Of a stretch of 64,000 nt of DNA, positions 52,979-64,000 are shown piece by piece. The notes below the pieces were generated by a model that worked only from the letters and a program-made list of their open reading frames with translations, made no database searches and was not told where the DNA came from. The stretch lies in assembly GCF_003790525.1 (NCBI RefSeq), contig NZ_CP033635.1, one strand, 5' to 3'. Position 1 is the stretch's first letter. The number at the start of each line of letters is the position of its first letter. This DNA comes from Escherichia coli (GTDB taxonomy: Bacteria; Pseudomonadota; Gammaproteobacteria; Enterobacterales; Enterobacteriaceae). The position numbers were made by a program, and so were the translations under genes.

Positions 52979-54511
52979 ATGGCCACGCCATATATATCGA
53001 TGGCGGGGATCGGCAAGTCCTTTGGTCCGGTTCACGCATTAAAGTCGGTTAATTTAACGGTTTATCCTGGTGAAATACATGCATTACTAGGAGAAAATGG
53101 TGCAGGTAAATCTACGCTAATGAAAGTGTTATCCGGAATACATGAGCCGACCAAAGGCACCATTACCATTAATAACATCAACTATAACAAACTGGATCAT
53201 AAATTAGCGGCACAACTCGGTATCGGGATTATTTATCAGGAACTCAGCGTTATTGATGAATTAACCGTACTGGAAAATTTATATATTGGTCGTCATCTGA
53301 CGAAAAAAATCTGCGGTGTCAATATTATCGACTGGCGAGAAATGCGTGTCCGCGCCGCCATGATGTTATTACGCGTGGGCTTGAAAGTTGATTTAGATGA
53401 GAAAGTGGCGAACTTATCTATCAGCCACAAGCAGATGCTGGAAATTGCCAAAACGCTGATGCTCGACGCCAAAGTCATCATCATGGATGAACCCACCTCC
53501 TCACTCACCAATAAAGAGGTGGACTATCTGTTTCTGATCATGAATCAGTTGCGTAAGGAGGGTACGGCTATCGTCTATATCTCGCATAAATTGGCGGAAA
53601 TTCGCCGTATTTGCGACCGCTATACGGTGATGAAAGACGGCAGCAGCGTTTGCAGCGGCATGGTGAGCGATGTGTCAAATGACGATATCGTCCGTCTGAT
53701 GGTAGGCCGCGAACTGCAAAACCGTTTTAACGCGATGAAGGAGAATGTCAGCAACCTTGCGCACGAAACGGTTTTTGAGGTGCGGAACGTCACCAGCCGT
53801 GACAGAAAAAAGGTCCGGGATATCTCATTTAGCGTCTGCCGGGGAGAAATATTAGGCTTTGCCGGACTGGTCGGTTCCGGACGTACTGAACTGATGAACT
53901 GCCTGTTTGGCGTTGATAAACGCGCTGGCGGAGAAATCCGTCTTAATGACAAAGATATCTCTCCACGCTCACCCCTGGATGCCGTGAAAAAAGGGATGGC
54001 TTACATCACTGAAAGCCGCCGGGATAACGGTTTTTTCCCCAACTTTTCCATCGCTCAGAACATGGCGATCAGCCGCAGTCTGAAAGACGGCGGCTATAAA
54101 GGCGCGATGGGCTTGTTTCATGAAGTTGACGAGCAACGTACCGCTGAAAATCAACGCGAACTGCTGGCGCTGAAATGTCATTCGATAAACCAGAATATCA
54201 CCGAACTCTCCGGGGGGAATCAGCAGAAAGTCCTGATCTCCAAATGGCTGTGCTGTTGCCCGGAAGTGATCATTTTCGATGAACCTACCCGCGGCATCGA
54301 CGTTGGCGCGAAAGCCGAAATTTACAAAGTGATGCGCCAACTGGCGGACGACGGAAAAGTCATCCTGATGGTGTCATCTGAACTACCTGAAATTATCACC
54401 GTCTGCGACCGCATCGCCGTGTTCTGCGAAGGACGACTGACGCAAATCCTGACGAATCGCGATGACATGAGCGAAGAGGAGATTATGGCATGGGCTTTAC
54501 CACAAGAGTAA
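52979..54511 (+). CDS. alsA: D-allose ABC transporter ATP-binding protein (duplicated ABC domains)
   Basis: 510 aa; two Walker A motifs (GENGAGKST, GLVGSGRTE). Confidence 0.95.
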   Translation: MATPYISMAGIGKSFGPVHALKSVNLTVYPGEIHALLGENGAGKSTLMKVLSGIHEPTKGTITINNINYNKLDHKLAAQLGIGIIYQELSVIDELTVLENLYIGRHLTKKICGVNIIDWREMRVRAAMMLLRVGLKVDLDEKVANLSISHKQMLEIAKTLMLDAKVIIMDEPTSSLTNKEVDYLFLIMNQLRKEGTAIVYISHKLAEIRRICDRYTVMKDGSSVCSGMVSDVSNDDIVRLMVGRELQNRFNAMKENVSNLAHETVFEVRNVTSRDRKKVRDISFSVCRGEILGFAGLVGSGRTELMNCLFGVDKRAGGEIRLNDKDISPRSPLDAVKKGMAYITESRRDNGFFPNFSIAQNMAISRSLKDGGYKGAMGLFHEVDEQRTAENQRELLALKCHSINQNITELSGGNQQKVLISKWLCCCPEVIIFDEPTRGIDVGAKAEIYKVMRQLADDGKVILMVSSELPEIITVCDRIAVFCEGRLTQILTNRDDMSEEEIMAWALPQE

Positions 54512-55470
54512 AAAGCGAAGCGAGCGAGAAGAAACCGTTCAACTTTGCGCTGTTCTGGGATAAATACGGCACCTTTTTTATCCTGGCGATCATCGTCGCC
54601 ATCTTTGGTTCGCTGTCACCAGAATATTTTCTGACCACCAATAATATTACCCAGATTTTTGTGCAAAGCTCCGTGACGGTATTGATCGGCATGGGCGAGT
54701 TTTTCGCTATCCTGGTCGCTGGTATCGACCTCTCGGTTGGCGCGATTCTGGCGCTTTCCGGTATGGTGACCGCCAAACTGATGTTGGCAGGTGTTGACCC
54801 GTTTCTCGCGGCGCTGATTGGCGGTGTACTGGTTGGCGGCGCACTGGGGGCGATCAACGGCTGCCTGGTCAACTGGACGGGGCTACACCCATTTATTATC
54901 ACCCTTGGTACCAACGCCATTTTCCGTGGGATCACGCTGGTGATCTCCGATGCCAACTCGGTATACGGCTTCTCATTTGACTTCGTGAACTTCTTTGCCG
55001 CCAGCGTAATTGGGATACCTGTTCCCGTTATCTTCTCGCTAATTGTCGCGCTCATCCTTTGGTTTCTGACAACGCGTATGCGGCTCGGACTCAACATCTA
55101 CGCACTGGGCGGCAACAAAAACTCGGCGTTCTATTCCGGGATTGACGTGAAATTCCACATCCTGGTGGTGTTTATCATCTCCGGTGTTTGTGCAGGTCTG
55201 GCAGGCGTCGTCTCAACTGCACGACTCGGTGCCGCAGAACCGCTTGCCGGTATGGGTTTTGAAACCTATGCCATTGCCAGCGCCATCATTGGCGGCACCA
55301 GTTTCTTCGGCGGCAAGGGGCGCATTTTCTCTGTGGTGATTGGCGGGTTGATCATCGGCACCATCAACAACGGTCTGAATATTTTGCAGGTACAAACCTA
55401 TTACCAACTGGTGGTGATGGGCGGATTAATTATCGCGGCTGTCGCCCTTGACCGTCTTATCAGTAAGTAA
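54490..55470 (+). CDS. alsC: D-allose ABC transporter permease
   Basis: 326-aa polytopic membrane protein; 22-bp overlap with alsA. Confidence 0.95.
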   Translation: MGFTTRVKSEASEKKPFNFALFWDKYGTFFILAIIVAIFGSLSPEYFLTTNNITQIFVQSSVTVLIGMGEFFAILVAGIDLSVGAILALSGMVTAKLMLAGVDPFLAALIGGVLVGGALGAINGCLVNWTGLHPFIITLGTNAIFRGITLVISDANSVYGFSFDFVNFFAASVIGIPVPVIFSLIVALILWFLTTRMRLGLNIYALGGNKNSAFYSGIDVKFHILVVFIISGVCAGLAGVVSTARLGAAEPLAGMGFETYAIASAIIGGTSFFGGKGRIFSVVIGGLIIGTINNGLNILQVQTYYQLVVMGGLIIAAVALDRLISK

Positions 55471-55480
55471 GGAATTGAAC

Positions 55481-57089
<1,609 letters not shown>

Positions 57090-57361
57090 GTAAAGCGTTG
57101 GCACCGTAACGCAATGTCCCGCTGTGCCAACGACAAGTACAATATATATAATAAACACATAAAACAGCTCATATTATTTTCAGCAATGATAGTTCTACTG
57201 TAATTTCCCCTCTTCAGCACAAATGCCTAATAAAATGGCGCGTTCCGCTCACACTTCCACTTATTAAAATCGCAAATTCCCAATTATGATAACGCCAGCT
57301 TCAAATGACGTATTTTGCATGGATTACATATTTACGACATAAATGATAAATGGAGATTTAT

Positions 57362-59347
57362 ATGAATAACTCTCGGTTATTCCGTTTGAGCAGGATTGTT
57401 ATTGCGTTAACTGCCGCCAGCGGCATGATGGTAAATACCGCTAACGCAACAGATGAAGCGAAAGCCGCCACTCAATATACCCAACAGGTTAATCAGAATT
57501 ACGCCAAATCATTACCGTTTAGCGATCGTCAGGATTTTGACGATGCTCAGCGTGGATTTATCGCTCCGCTGCTGGATGAAGGTATTCTGCGCGATGCTAA
57601 TGGCAAACCATATTATCGCGGAGAAGATTATAAATTTGATATCAATGCGCCCGCGCCCGAAACCGTTAACCCAAGCCTGTGGCGTCAGTCGCAGATCAAC
57701 GGCATTTCTGGCCTGTTTAAAGTCACCGACCGCATGTATCAGGTGCGCAGCCAGGATATCTCGAACATCACCTTCATTGAAGGCGATACGGGCATCATCG
57801 TCATTGACCCGCTGGTGACGCCAAATGCAGCAAAAGCCAGCCTTGATCTCTATTTCAAACACCGCCCACAAAAACCGATTGTGGCCGTTATCTACACCCA
57901 CAGCCACACTGACCACTATGGCGGCGTAAAAGGTATTGTCTCAGAAGCCGATGTAAAAGCAGGCAAAGTGCAGATCATCGCCCCGGCAGGCTTTATGGAC
58001 GAAGCCATCAGTGAAAACGTGCTGGCGGGTAATATCATGAGTCGCCGTGCATTTTACTCTTACGGCCTGCTACTCCCGCATAATGCACAGGGAGATATCG
58101 GCAACGGGCTGGGTGTTACGCTTACTACCGGCGGCCCGACAATTATCGCGCCGACGCGATCTATCACCAAGACAGGAGAGAAACTCAATATCGACGGGCT
58201 GGATTTCGAATTCCTGATGGCTCCAGGCAGCGAAGCGCCGTCTGAAATGCACCTCTATATTCCGGCGTTGAAAGCCCTGTGCACAGCGGAAAACAGCACC
58301 CATACCCTGCATAACTTCTACACCCTGCGTGGCGCGAAAACCCGTGATACCGCGAAGTGGACCGATTACCTGAATGAAACGCTGGATAAGTGGGGATCAC
58401 AAGCAGAAGTGCTGTTTATGCCACATACCTGGCCAGTATGGGGTAATCAACATATCAATGATTATATTGGAAAATATCGCGACACCATTAAGTATATTCA
58501 CGACCAGACCCTGCACCTGGCGAACCAGGGTTACACCATGAATGAAATCGGCAACATGATTCATCTGCCGGAAACGCTGGATAAAAACTGGGCCAGCCGT
58601 GGCTATTATGGCTCCGTCAGTCATAACGCTCGCGCGGTATATAACTTTTACCTCGGCTACTACGACGGTAACCCAGCAAACCTGAATCCGTATGGCCAGG
58701 TCGATATGGGTAAACGTTATGTCAAAGCGCTGGGAGGTTCCGCACATGCTATCAATCTGGCGCGTGAAGCCTATAACCAGGGCGACTACCGCTGGGCCTC
58801 TGAACTGCTGAAACAGGTGATTGCTGCCAATCCGGGAGACCAGGTGGCGAAAAACCTACAGGCCGATACCTTCGAACAATTGGGTTATCAGGCCGAATCA
58901 GCCACCTGGCGCGGCTTCTACCTGACGGGAGCGAAAGAACTGCGTGAGGGCGCGAAGAAAATCGAACACGCCAGCACCGCCTCTCCTGACACCATCAAGG
59001 GTATGACCGTCGAGATGCTGCTTGATTACATGGCTGTTCGTCTGAACAGTGAGAAAGCCGCGGGCAAATCCATCAGCCTGAACTTCAATCTCTCTGACAA
59101 CGATAACCTGAACCTCTCACTCAACAATAGCGTATTGAACTACCGTAAAGTACTGCAACCGAAGGTAGACGCATCGTTTTACATGAGCCGCAGCGATCTG
59201 CACGACGTGCTGGTCGGACAAGCCAAAATGGCGGATCTGGTAAAGGCGAAGAAAGCCAAAATTATTGGCAATGGCGCAAAACTGGAAGAAATTATTGCCT
59301 GTCTGGATAATTTCGATTTGTGGGTGAATATCGTAACCCCAAATTAA
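57362..59347 (+). CDS. yjcS: Metallo-beta-lactamase-type alkyl/aryl sulfatase homologue
   Basis: 661 aa from MNNSRLFRL…; signal peptide, HSHTDH motif and C-terminal SCP2-like region. Confidence 0.9.
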   Translation: MNNSRLFRLSRIVIALTAASGMMVNTANATDEAKAATQYTQQVNQNYAKSLPFSDRQDFDDAQRGFIAPLLDEGILRDANGKPYYRGEDYKFDINAPAPETVNPSLWRQSQINGISGLFKVTDRMYQVRSQDISNITFIEGDTGIIVIDPLVTPNAAKASLDLYFKHRPQKPIVAVIYTHSHTDHYGGVKGIVSEADVKAGKVQIIAPAGFMDEAISENVLAGNIMSRRAFYSYGLLLPHNAQGDIGNGLGVTLTTGGPTIIAPTRSITKTGEKLNIDGLDFEFLMAPGSEAPSEMHLYIPALKALCTAENSTHTLHNFYTLRGAKTRDTAKWTDYLNETLDKWGSQAEVLFMPHTWPVWGNQHINDYIGKYRDTIKYIHDQTLHLANQGYTMNEIGNMIHLPETLDKNWASRGYYGSVSHNARAVYNFYLGYYDGNPANLNPYGQVDMGKRYVKALGGSAHAINLAREAYNQGDYRWASELLKQVIAANPGDQVAKNLQADTFEQLGYQAESATWRGFYLTGAKELREGAKKIEHASTASPDTIKGMTVEMLLDYMAVRLNSEKAAGKSISLNFNLSDNDNLNLSLNNSVLNYRKVLQPKVDASFYMSRSDLHDVLVGQAKMADLVKAKKAKIIGNGAKLEEIIACLDNFDLWVNIVTPN

Positions 59348-59355
59348 TGCCACTC

Positions 59356-59394
59356 GCTTTTGGGGGCGCTGAAGCCCCCAAAAGCATTTATTTT
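59356..59394 (+). terminator. yjcS rho-independent terminator
   Basis: 11-bp stem gcttttggggg / cccccaaaagc with 8-nt loop, followed by a T-rich tail. Confidence 0.7.
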
Positions 59395-59555
59395 AAAAAT
59401 ATATACAGACAATTAATAAATAAAATATATAAGTTATGAATGCGGTGGCTGAATAAAGCTATTTTTATTCATCGAGAAAATAGCCATACTGACGCCTTCA
59501 ATGGATATTGATATTCACTACAGATATTGTTCGCAGCAGACAGGATGTATTTAAT

Positions 59556-59831
59556 ATGCCAACAGTTCTCTCTCGCATGGCGATGCAACTCAAAAAAACA
59601 GCCTGGATAATTCCCGTCTTCATGGTTTCGGGATGCTCATTATCTCCGGCAATCCCGGTGATCGGCGCTTATTATCCCAGCTGGTTTTTCTGCGCCATTG
59701 CCAGCCTTATTTTGACGCTCATCACGAGGCGAATTATTCAGAGGGCAAATATCAATCTGGCATTTGTCGGAATTATTTATACCGCCCTTTTTGCTCTCTA
59801 CGCCATGCTGTTCTGGCTGGCATTTTTCTAA
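59556..59831 (+). CDS. ytcA: Small lipoprotein/membrane protein upstream of mdtN
   Basis: 91 aa from MPTVLSRMAMQLKK…; lipobox-like VSGCS and a C-terminal hydrophobic helix. Confidence 0.8.
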   Translation: MPTVLSRMAMQLKKTAWIIPVFMVSGCSLSPAIPVIGAYYPSWFFCAIASLILTLITRRIIQRANINLAFVGIIYTALFALYAMLFWLAFF

Positions 59832-59849
59832 TCTATTTGAGACGCGCTC

Positions 59850-60881
59850 ATGGAAAGTACGCCGAAAAAAGCTCCTCGCAGTAAATTCCCTGCTCTGTTA
59901 GTGGTTGCGTTGGCGCTGGTTGCCCTTGTTTTCGTTATCTGGCGCGTAGACAGTGCGCCATCAACTAATGACGCCTACGCGTCAGCAGATACCATTGATG
60001 TGGTGCCGGAAGTCAGCGGTCGCATTGTAGAACTGGCGGTCACCGACAACCAGGCGGTGAAACAGGGCGATTTGCTGTTCCGCATCGACCCGCGCCCGTA
60101 CGAAGCCAATCTGGCGAAAGCCGAAGCCTCCCTCGCGGCGCTGGATAAGCAAATTATGCTCACCCAACGTAGCGTTGACGCGCAACAGTTTGGTGCCGAC
60201 TCGGTTAATGCCACGGTAGAAAAAGCCCGTGCCGCCGCGAAACAGGCCACAGATACATTACGCCGCACCGAGCCATTACTGAAAGAAGGTTTTGTCTCAG
60301 CGGAAGACGTTGACCGTGCAAGAACTGCGCAGCGCGCCGCAGAAGCCGATCTTAATGCCGTATTGTTGCAGGCGCAGTCAGCCGCCAGTGCCGTCAGCGG
60401 CGTCGATGCGCTGGTCGCCCAACGTGCGGCGGTCGAAGCGGATATTGCCCTGACCAAACTGCATCTGGAAATGGCGACCGTTCGCGCGCCGTTTGATGGC
60501 CGGGTCATTTCCCTCAAAACCTCCGTCGGACAATTTGCTTCTGCCATGCGCCCTATTTTTACCCTAATCGACACTCGTCACTGGTACGTGATCGCCAACT
60601 TCCGCGAAACCGATCTGAAAAATATTCGCTCAGGTACACCCGCAACGATTCGCCTGATGAGCGACAGCGGCAAAACCTTCGAGGGTAAAGTGGATTCGAT
60701 TGGCTACGGCGTGCTACCGGATGACGGCGGCCTGGTGCTGGGCGGCCTGCCGAAAGTGTCTCGTTCTATTAACTGGGTCCGCGTTGCCCAGCGTTTTCCG
60801 GTCAAAATCATGGTTGAAAAACCTGACCCGGAAATGTTCCGCATCGGCGCTTCGGCAGTCGCTAATCTTGAGCCACAATAA
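59850..60881 (+). CDS. mdtN: Multidrug efflux membrane fusion protein (EmrA-like)
   Basis: 343 aa; N-terminal membrane anchor and coiled-coil/HlyD-like domains. Confidence 0.92.
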   Translation: MESTPKKAPRSKFPALLVVALALVALVFVIWRVDSAPSTNDAYASADTIDVVPEVSGRIVELAVTDNQAVKQGDLLFRIDPRPYEANLAKAEASLAALDKQIMLTQRSVDAQQFGADSVNATVEKARAAAKQATDTLRRTEPLLKEGFVSAEDVDRARTAQRAAEADLNAVLLQAQSAASAVSGVDALVAQRAAVEADIALTKLHLEMATVRAPFDGRVISLKTSVGQFASAMRPIFTLIDTRHWYVIANFRETDLKNIRSGTPATIRLMSDSGKTFEGKVDSIGYGVLPDDGGLVLGGLPKVSRSINWVRVAQRFPVKIMVEKPDPEMFRIGASAVANLEPQ

Positions 60882-62932
60882 TGAGCGCGCTCAACTCCCT
60901 GCCATTACCGGTGGTCAGGCTGCTGGCGTTCTTTCATGAAGAGTTAAGCGAGCGGCGGCCAGGTCGTGTGCCGCAGACCGTGCAACTCTGGGTAGGCTGC
61001 CTGCTGGTGATTCTGATCTCGATGACCTTCGAGATCCCCTTTGTGGCGTTATCGCTGGCGGTGCTGTTTTACGGTATTCAGTCCAACGCGTTTTACACCA
61101 AATTTGTCGCGATCTTGTTTGTGGTTGCCACGGTGCTGGAGATCGGCAGCCTGTTTTTGATCTACAAATGGTCATACGGCGAACCGTTGATCCGATTGAT
61201 CATCGCAGGGCCGATCCTGATGGGATGTATGTTTTTGATGCGCACCCATCGGCTGGGACTGGTCTTTTTCGCTGTCGCCATTGTCGCCATTTACGGGCAA
61301 ACCTTCCCCGCCATGCTCGACTATCCGGAAGTGGTCGTGCGCTTAACGCTGTGGTGTATCGTTGTTGGCCTCTATCCAACCTTGCTGATGACGTTAATCG
61401 GCGTGCTGTGGTTTCCCAGCCGCGCTATCACGCAGATGCATCAGGCGCTTAATGATCGGCTTGATGATGCCATTAGCCACCTGACGAACAGCCTCACACC
61501 GCTACCCGAAACGCGGATTGAAAGAGAGGCGCTGGCGCTGCAAAAACTCAATGTCTTTTGCCTCGCGGACGATGCCGACTGGCGTACTCAGAGCGCATGG
61601 TGGCAAAGCTGTGTGGCAACGGTAACCTACATTTACTCGACGCTGAATCGCTACGATCCCACCTCTTTTGCTGATTCTCAGGCAATTATTGAATTCCGGC
61701 AAAAATTAGCCTCAGAAATCAACAAGCTGCAGCATGCCATTGCCGAAGGTCAGTGCTGGCAAAGCGACTGGCGGATCACTGAAAGTCAAGCGATGGCGGC
61801 ACGGGAATGTAACCTGGAGAATATCTGCCAGACATTGTTGCAACTGGGTCAGATGGACCCGAATACGCCGCCAACGCCCGCCACCAAACCGCCATCAATG
61901 GTCGCCGACGCTTTTACCAATCCAGACTATATGCGCTACGCGGTAAAAACGCTGCTCGCCTGTTTGATCTGTTACACCTTCTACAGCGGCGTGGACTGGG
62001 AAGGCATTCACACCTGTATGCTGACCTGCGTGATCGTCGCTAATCCAAATGTCGGTTCGTCGTACCAGAAGATGGTGCTGCGTTTTGGCGGGGCCTTTTG
62101 CGGTGCGATTCTGGCGCTGTTATTCACGCTACTGGTCATGCCCTGGCTGGACAATATTGTCGAATTGCTGTTTGTGCTGGCACCGATTTTCCTGTTGGGC
62201 GCATGGATTGCCACCAGCTCTGAACGCTCTTCTTATATCGGCACACAGATGGTGGTCACCTTCGCGCTCGCCACGCTCGAAAATGTTTTTGGCCCGGTGT
62301 ACGACCTGGTGGAAATTCGCGATCGCGCCCTGGGTATCATCATTGGTACCGTGGTGTCCGCGGTGATTTACACCTTTGTCTGGCCTGAAAGTGAAGCGCG
62401 CACCCTGCCGCAAAAACTGGCTGGCGCGCTGGGTATGTTAAGTAAAGTAATGCGGATCCCACGCCAGCAGGAAGTCACGGCTCTGCGCACTTATCTGCAA
62501 ATTCGCATAGGTCTGCATGCGGCGTTTAATGCCTGTGAAGAGATGTGCCAACGCGTGGCGCTGGAGCGTCAACTGGACAGCGAAGAACGCGCCTTACTGA
62601 TTGAACGTTCGCAAACGGTTATTCGTCAGGGTCGCGATATTCTTCACGCCTGGGATGCAACCTGGAACTCGGCGCAGGCGCTGGATAACGCACTACAGCC
62701 GGACAGAGCTGGTCAGTTTGCCGACGCCCTGGAGAAATACGCTGCCGGTCTGGCAACCGCACTCAGTCGTTCTCCTCAAATAACGCTTGAAGAAACACCC
62801 GCCTCGCAGGCCATCCTGCCGACCTTATTAAAACAGGAGCAACACGTCTGCCAGCTTTTCGCCCGCTTGCCAGACTGGACAGCCCCGGCATTAACGCCCG
62901 CCACGGAACAGGCACAAGGAGCCACGCAATGA
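60881..62932 (+). CDS. mdtO: Multidrug efflux inner-membrane component (aromatic acid exporter family)
   Basis: 683 aa; two hydrophobic domains; start overlaps the mdtN stop. Confidence 0.92.
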   Translation: MSALNSLPLPVVRLLAFFHEELSERRPGRVPQTVQLWVGCLLVILISMTFEIPFVALSLAVLFYGIQSNAFYTKFVAILFVVATVLEIGSLFLIYKWSYGEPLIRLIIAGPILMGCMFLMRTHRLGLVFFAVAIVAIYGQTFPAMLDYPEVVVRLTLWCIVVGLYPTLLMTLIGVLWFPSRAITQMHQALNDRLDDAISHLTNSLTPLPETRIEREALALQKLNVFCLADDADWRTQSAWWQSCVATVTYIYSTLNRYDPTSFADSQAIIEFRQKLASEINKLQHAIAEGQCWQSDWRITESQAMAARECNLENICQTLLQLGQMDPNTPPTPATKPPSMVADAFTNPDYMRYAVKTLLACLICYTFYSGVDWEGIHTCMLTCVIVANPNVGSSYQKMVLRFGGAFCGAILALLFTLLVMPWLDNIVELLFVLAPIFLLGAWIATSSERSSYIGTQMVVTFALATLENVFGPVYDLVEIRDRALGIIIGTVVSAVIYTFVWPESEARTLPQKLAGALGMLSKVMRIPRQQEVTALRTYLQIRIGLHAAFNACEEMCQRVALERQLDSEERALLIERSQTVIRQGRDILHAWDATWNSAQALDNALQPDRAGQFADALEKYAAGLATALSRSPQITLEETPASQAILPTLLKQEQHVCQLFARLPDWTAPALTPATEQAQGATQ

Positions 62933-64000
62933 TCAATCGTCAACTTTCACGCCTGCTGTTGTGCAGCATTCTCGGCAGCACGACGCTGATTTCCGGCTGT
63001 GCCCTGGTACGTAAGGATTCTGCGCCTCATCAACAGCTCAAACCGGAACAAATCAAACTGGCCGATGATATTCATCTTGCCAGCTCCGGCTGGCCGCAGG
63101 CGCAGTGGTGGAAACAACTCAATGACCCGCAGTTGGATGCTTTGATCCAACGGACGCTAAGTGGTTCACACACCCTCGCCGAAGCGAAACTGCGGGAAGA
63201 AAAAGCGCAATCGCAGGCCGATTTGTTAGATGCCGGTTCACAGTTGCAGGTGGCAGCGTTAGGGATGCTTAACCGCCAACGCGTCTCGGCGAACGGCTTT
63301 TTAAGCCCTTATGCGATGGATGCGCCCGCACTGGGGATGGACGGGCCGTACTATACGGAAGCCACAGTAGGTTTGTTTGCCGGACTGGATCTCGATTTGT
63401 GGGGTGTGCATCGCTCAGCGGTTGCCGCCGCCATTGGCGCGCATAATGCAGCGCTGGCAGAAACCGCAGCAGTAGAGCTATCGCTGACCACGGGCGTAGC
63501 GCAGCTTTATTACAGTATGCAGGCCAGCTATCAGATGCTCGATCTGTTAGAACAAACACGCGATGTGATTGATTACGCGGTGAAAGCGCACCAAAGTAAA
63601 GTGGCGCACGGTCTGGAAGCGCAAGTGCCTTTCCACGGCGCGCGGGCGCAAATTCTGGCCGTCGATAAACAAATTGCCGCCGTCAAAGGGCAAATCACTG
63701 AAACGCGGGAATCTCTGCGCGCATTGATTGGCGCGGGCGCCAGCGATATGCCGGAGATCAAACCGGTGGCATTACCGCGAGTCCAGACCGGCATTCCGGC
63801 AACACTCTCTTATGAGTTGCTCGCCAGACGCCCGGATCTGCAAGCCATGCGCTGGTATGTTCAGGCGTCATTAGATCAGGTGGATTCCGCGCGGGCGCTG
63901 TTCTATCCGAGCTTTGATATCAAAGCGTTTTTCGGCCTGGATTCTATCCACCTGGATACCTTATTCAAAAAAACCAGTCGCCAGTTCAACTTTATCCCAG
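62929..64000 (+). CDS. mdtP: Outer-membrane efflux lipoprotein (TolC/OprM family); 5' partial, runs off the window end
   Basis: ATG overlaps the mdtO stop (ATGA); lipoprotein signal with LISGC lipobox; frame open to the window end. Confidence 0.88.
   Translation, partial: MINRQLSRLLLCSILGSTTLISGCALVRKDSAPHQQLKPEQIKLADDIHLASSGWPQAQWWKQLNDPQLDALIQRTLSGSHTLAEAKLREEKAQSQADLLDAGSQLQVAALGMLNRQRVSANGFLSPYAMDAPALGMDGPYYTEATVGLFAGLDLDLWGVHRSAVAAAIGAHNAALAETAAVELSLTTGVAQLYYSMQASYQMLDLLEQTRDVIDYAVKAHQSKVAHGLEAQVPFHGARAQILAVDKQIAAVKGQITETRESLRALIGAGASDMPEIKPVALPRVQTGIPATLSYELLARRPDLQAMRWYVQASLDQVDSARALFYPSFDIKAFFGLDSIHLDTLFKKTSRQFNFIP

Overview
This window is an Escherichia coli chromosomal segment collinear with the K-12 cad–mel–adi–bas–phn–als–mdt region (about 93–94 min, read in reverse orientation relative to the K-12 map), with one strain-specific block at the left edge. 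All gene names are from my recognition of the translated proteins and gene order; no database search was run. Core genes, left to right: cadC-cadB-cadA, dtpC, lysU, ghoT-ghoS, yjdJ, yjdI, dcuS-dcuR, dcuB-fumB, yjdF, melB-melA, melR, adiA-adiY-adiC, eptA-basR-basS (with antisense pmrR), proP, yjcZ-crfC, phnA, yjdN, the 14-gene phnCDEFGHIJKLMNOP operon, yjdP, rpiB, rpiR, alsBACEK, yjcS, ytcA and mdtN-mdtO-mdtP (mdtP runs off the window end). The most notable feature is at 1..2050: the position where tRNA-Phe (pheU) should sit holds only the last 19 nt of the tRNA (2032..2050) followed by its terminator. Upstream of that is non-core DNA carrying a 3' gene fragment, a 288-aa protein I cannot assign, and a ParD/ParE toxin-antitoxin pair. 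I read this as the distal (attR) end of a genomic island integrated into pheU; the 288-aa protein is the best candidate for undescribed cargo. Other points: phnE is intact (it is frameshifted in K-12), several REP/BIME clusters sit at operon junctions, and a palindrome downstream of adiC doubles as a terminator hairpin and a PmrA box. No CRISPR array, rRNA, intact tRNA or IS element was seen.
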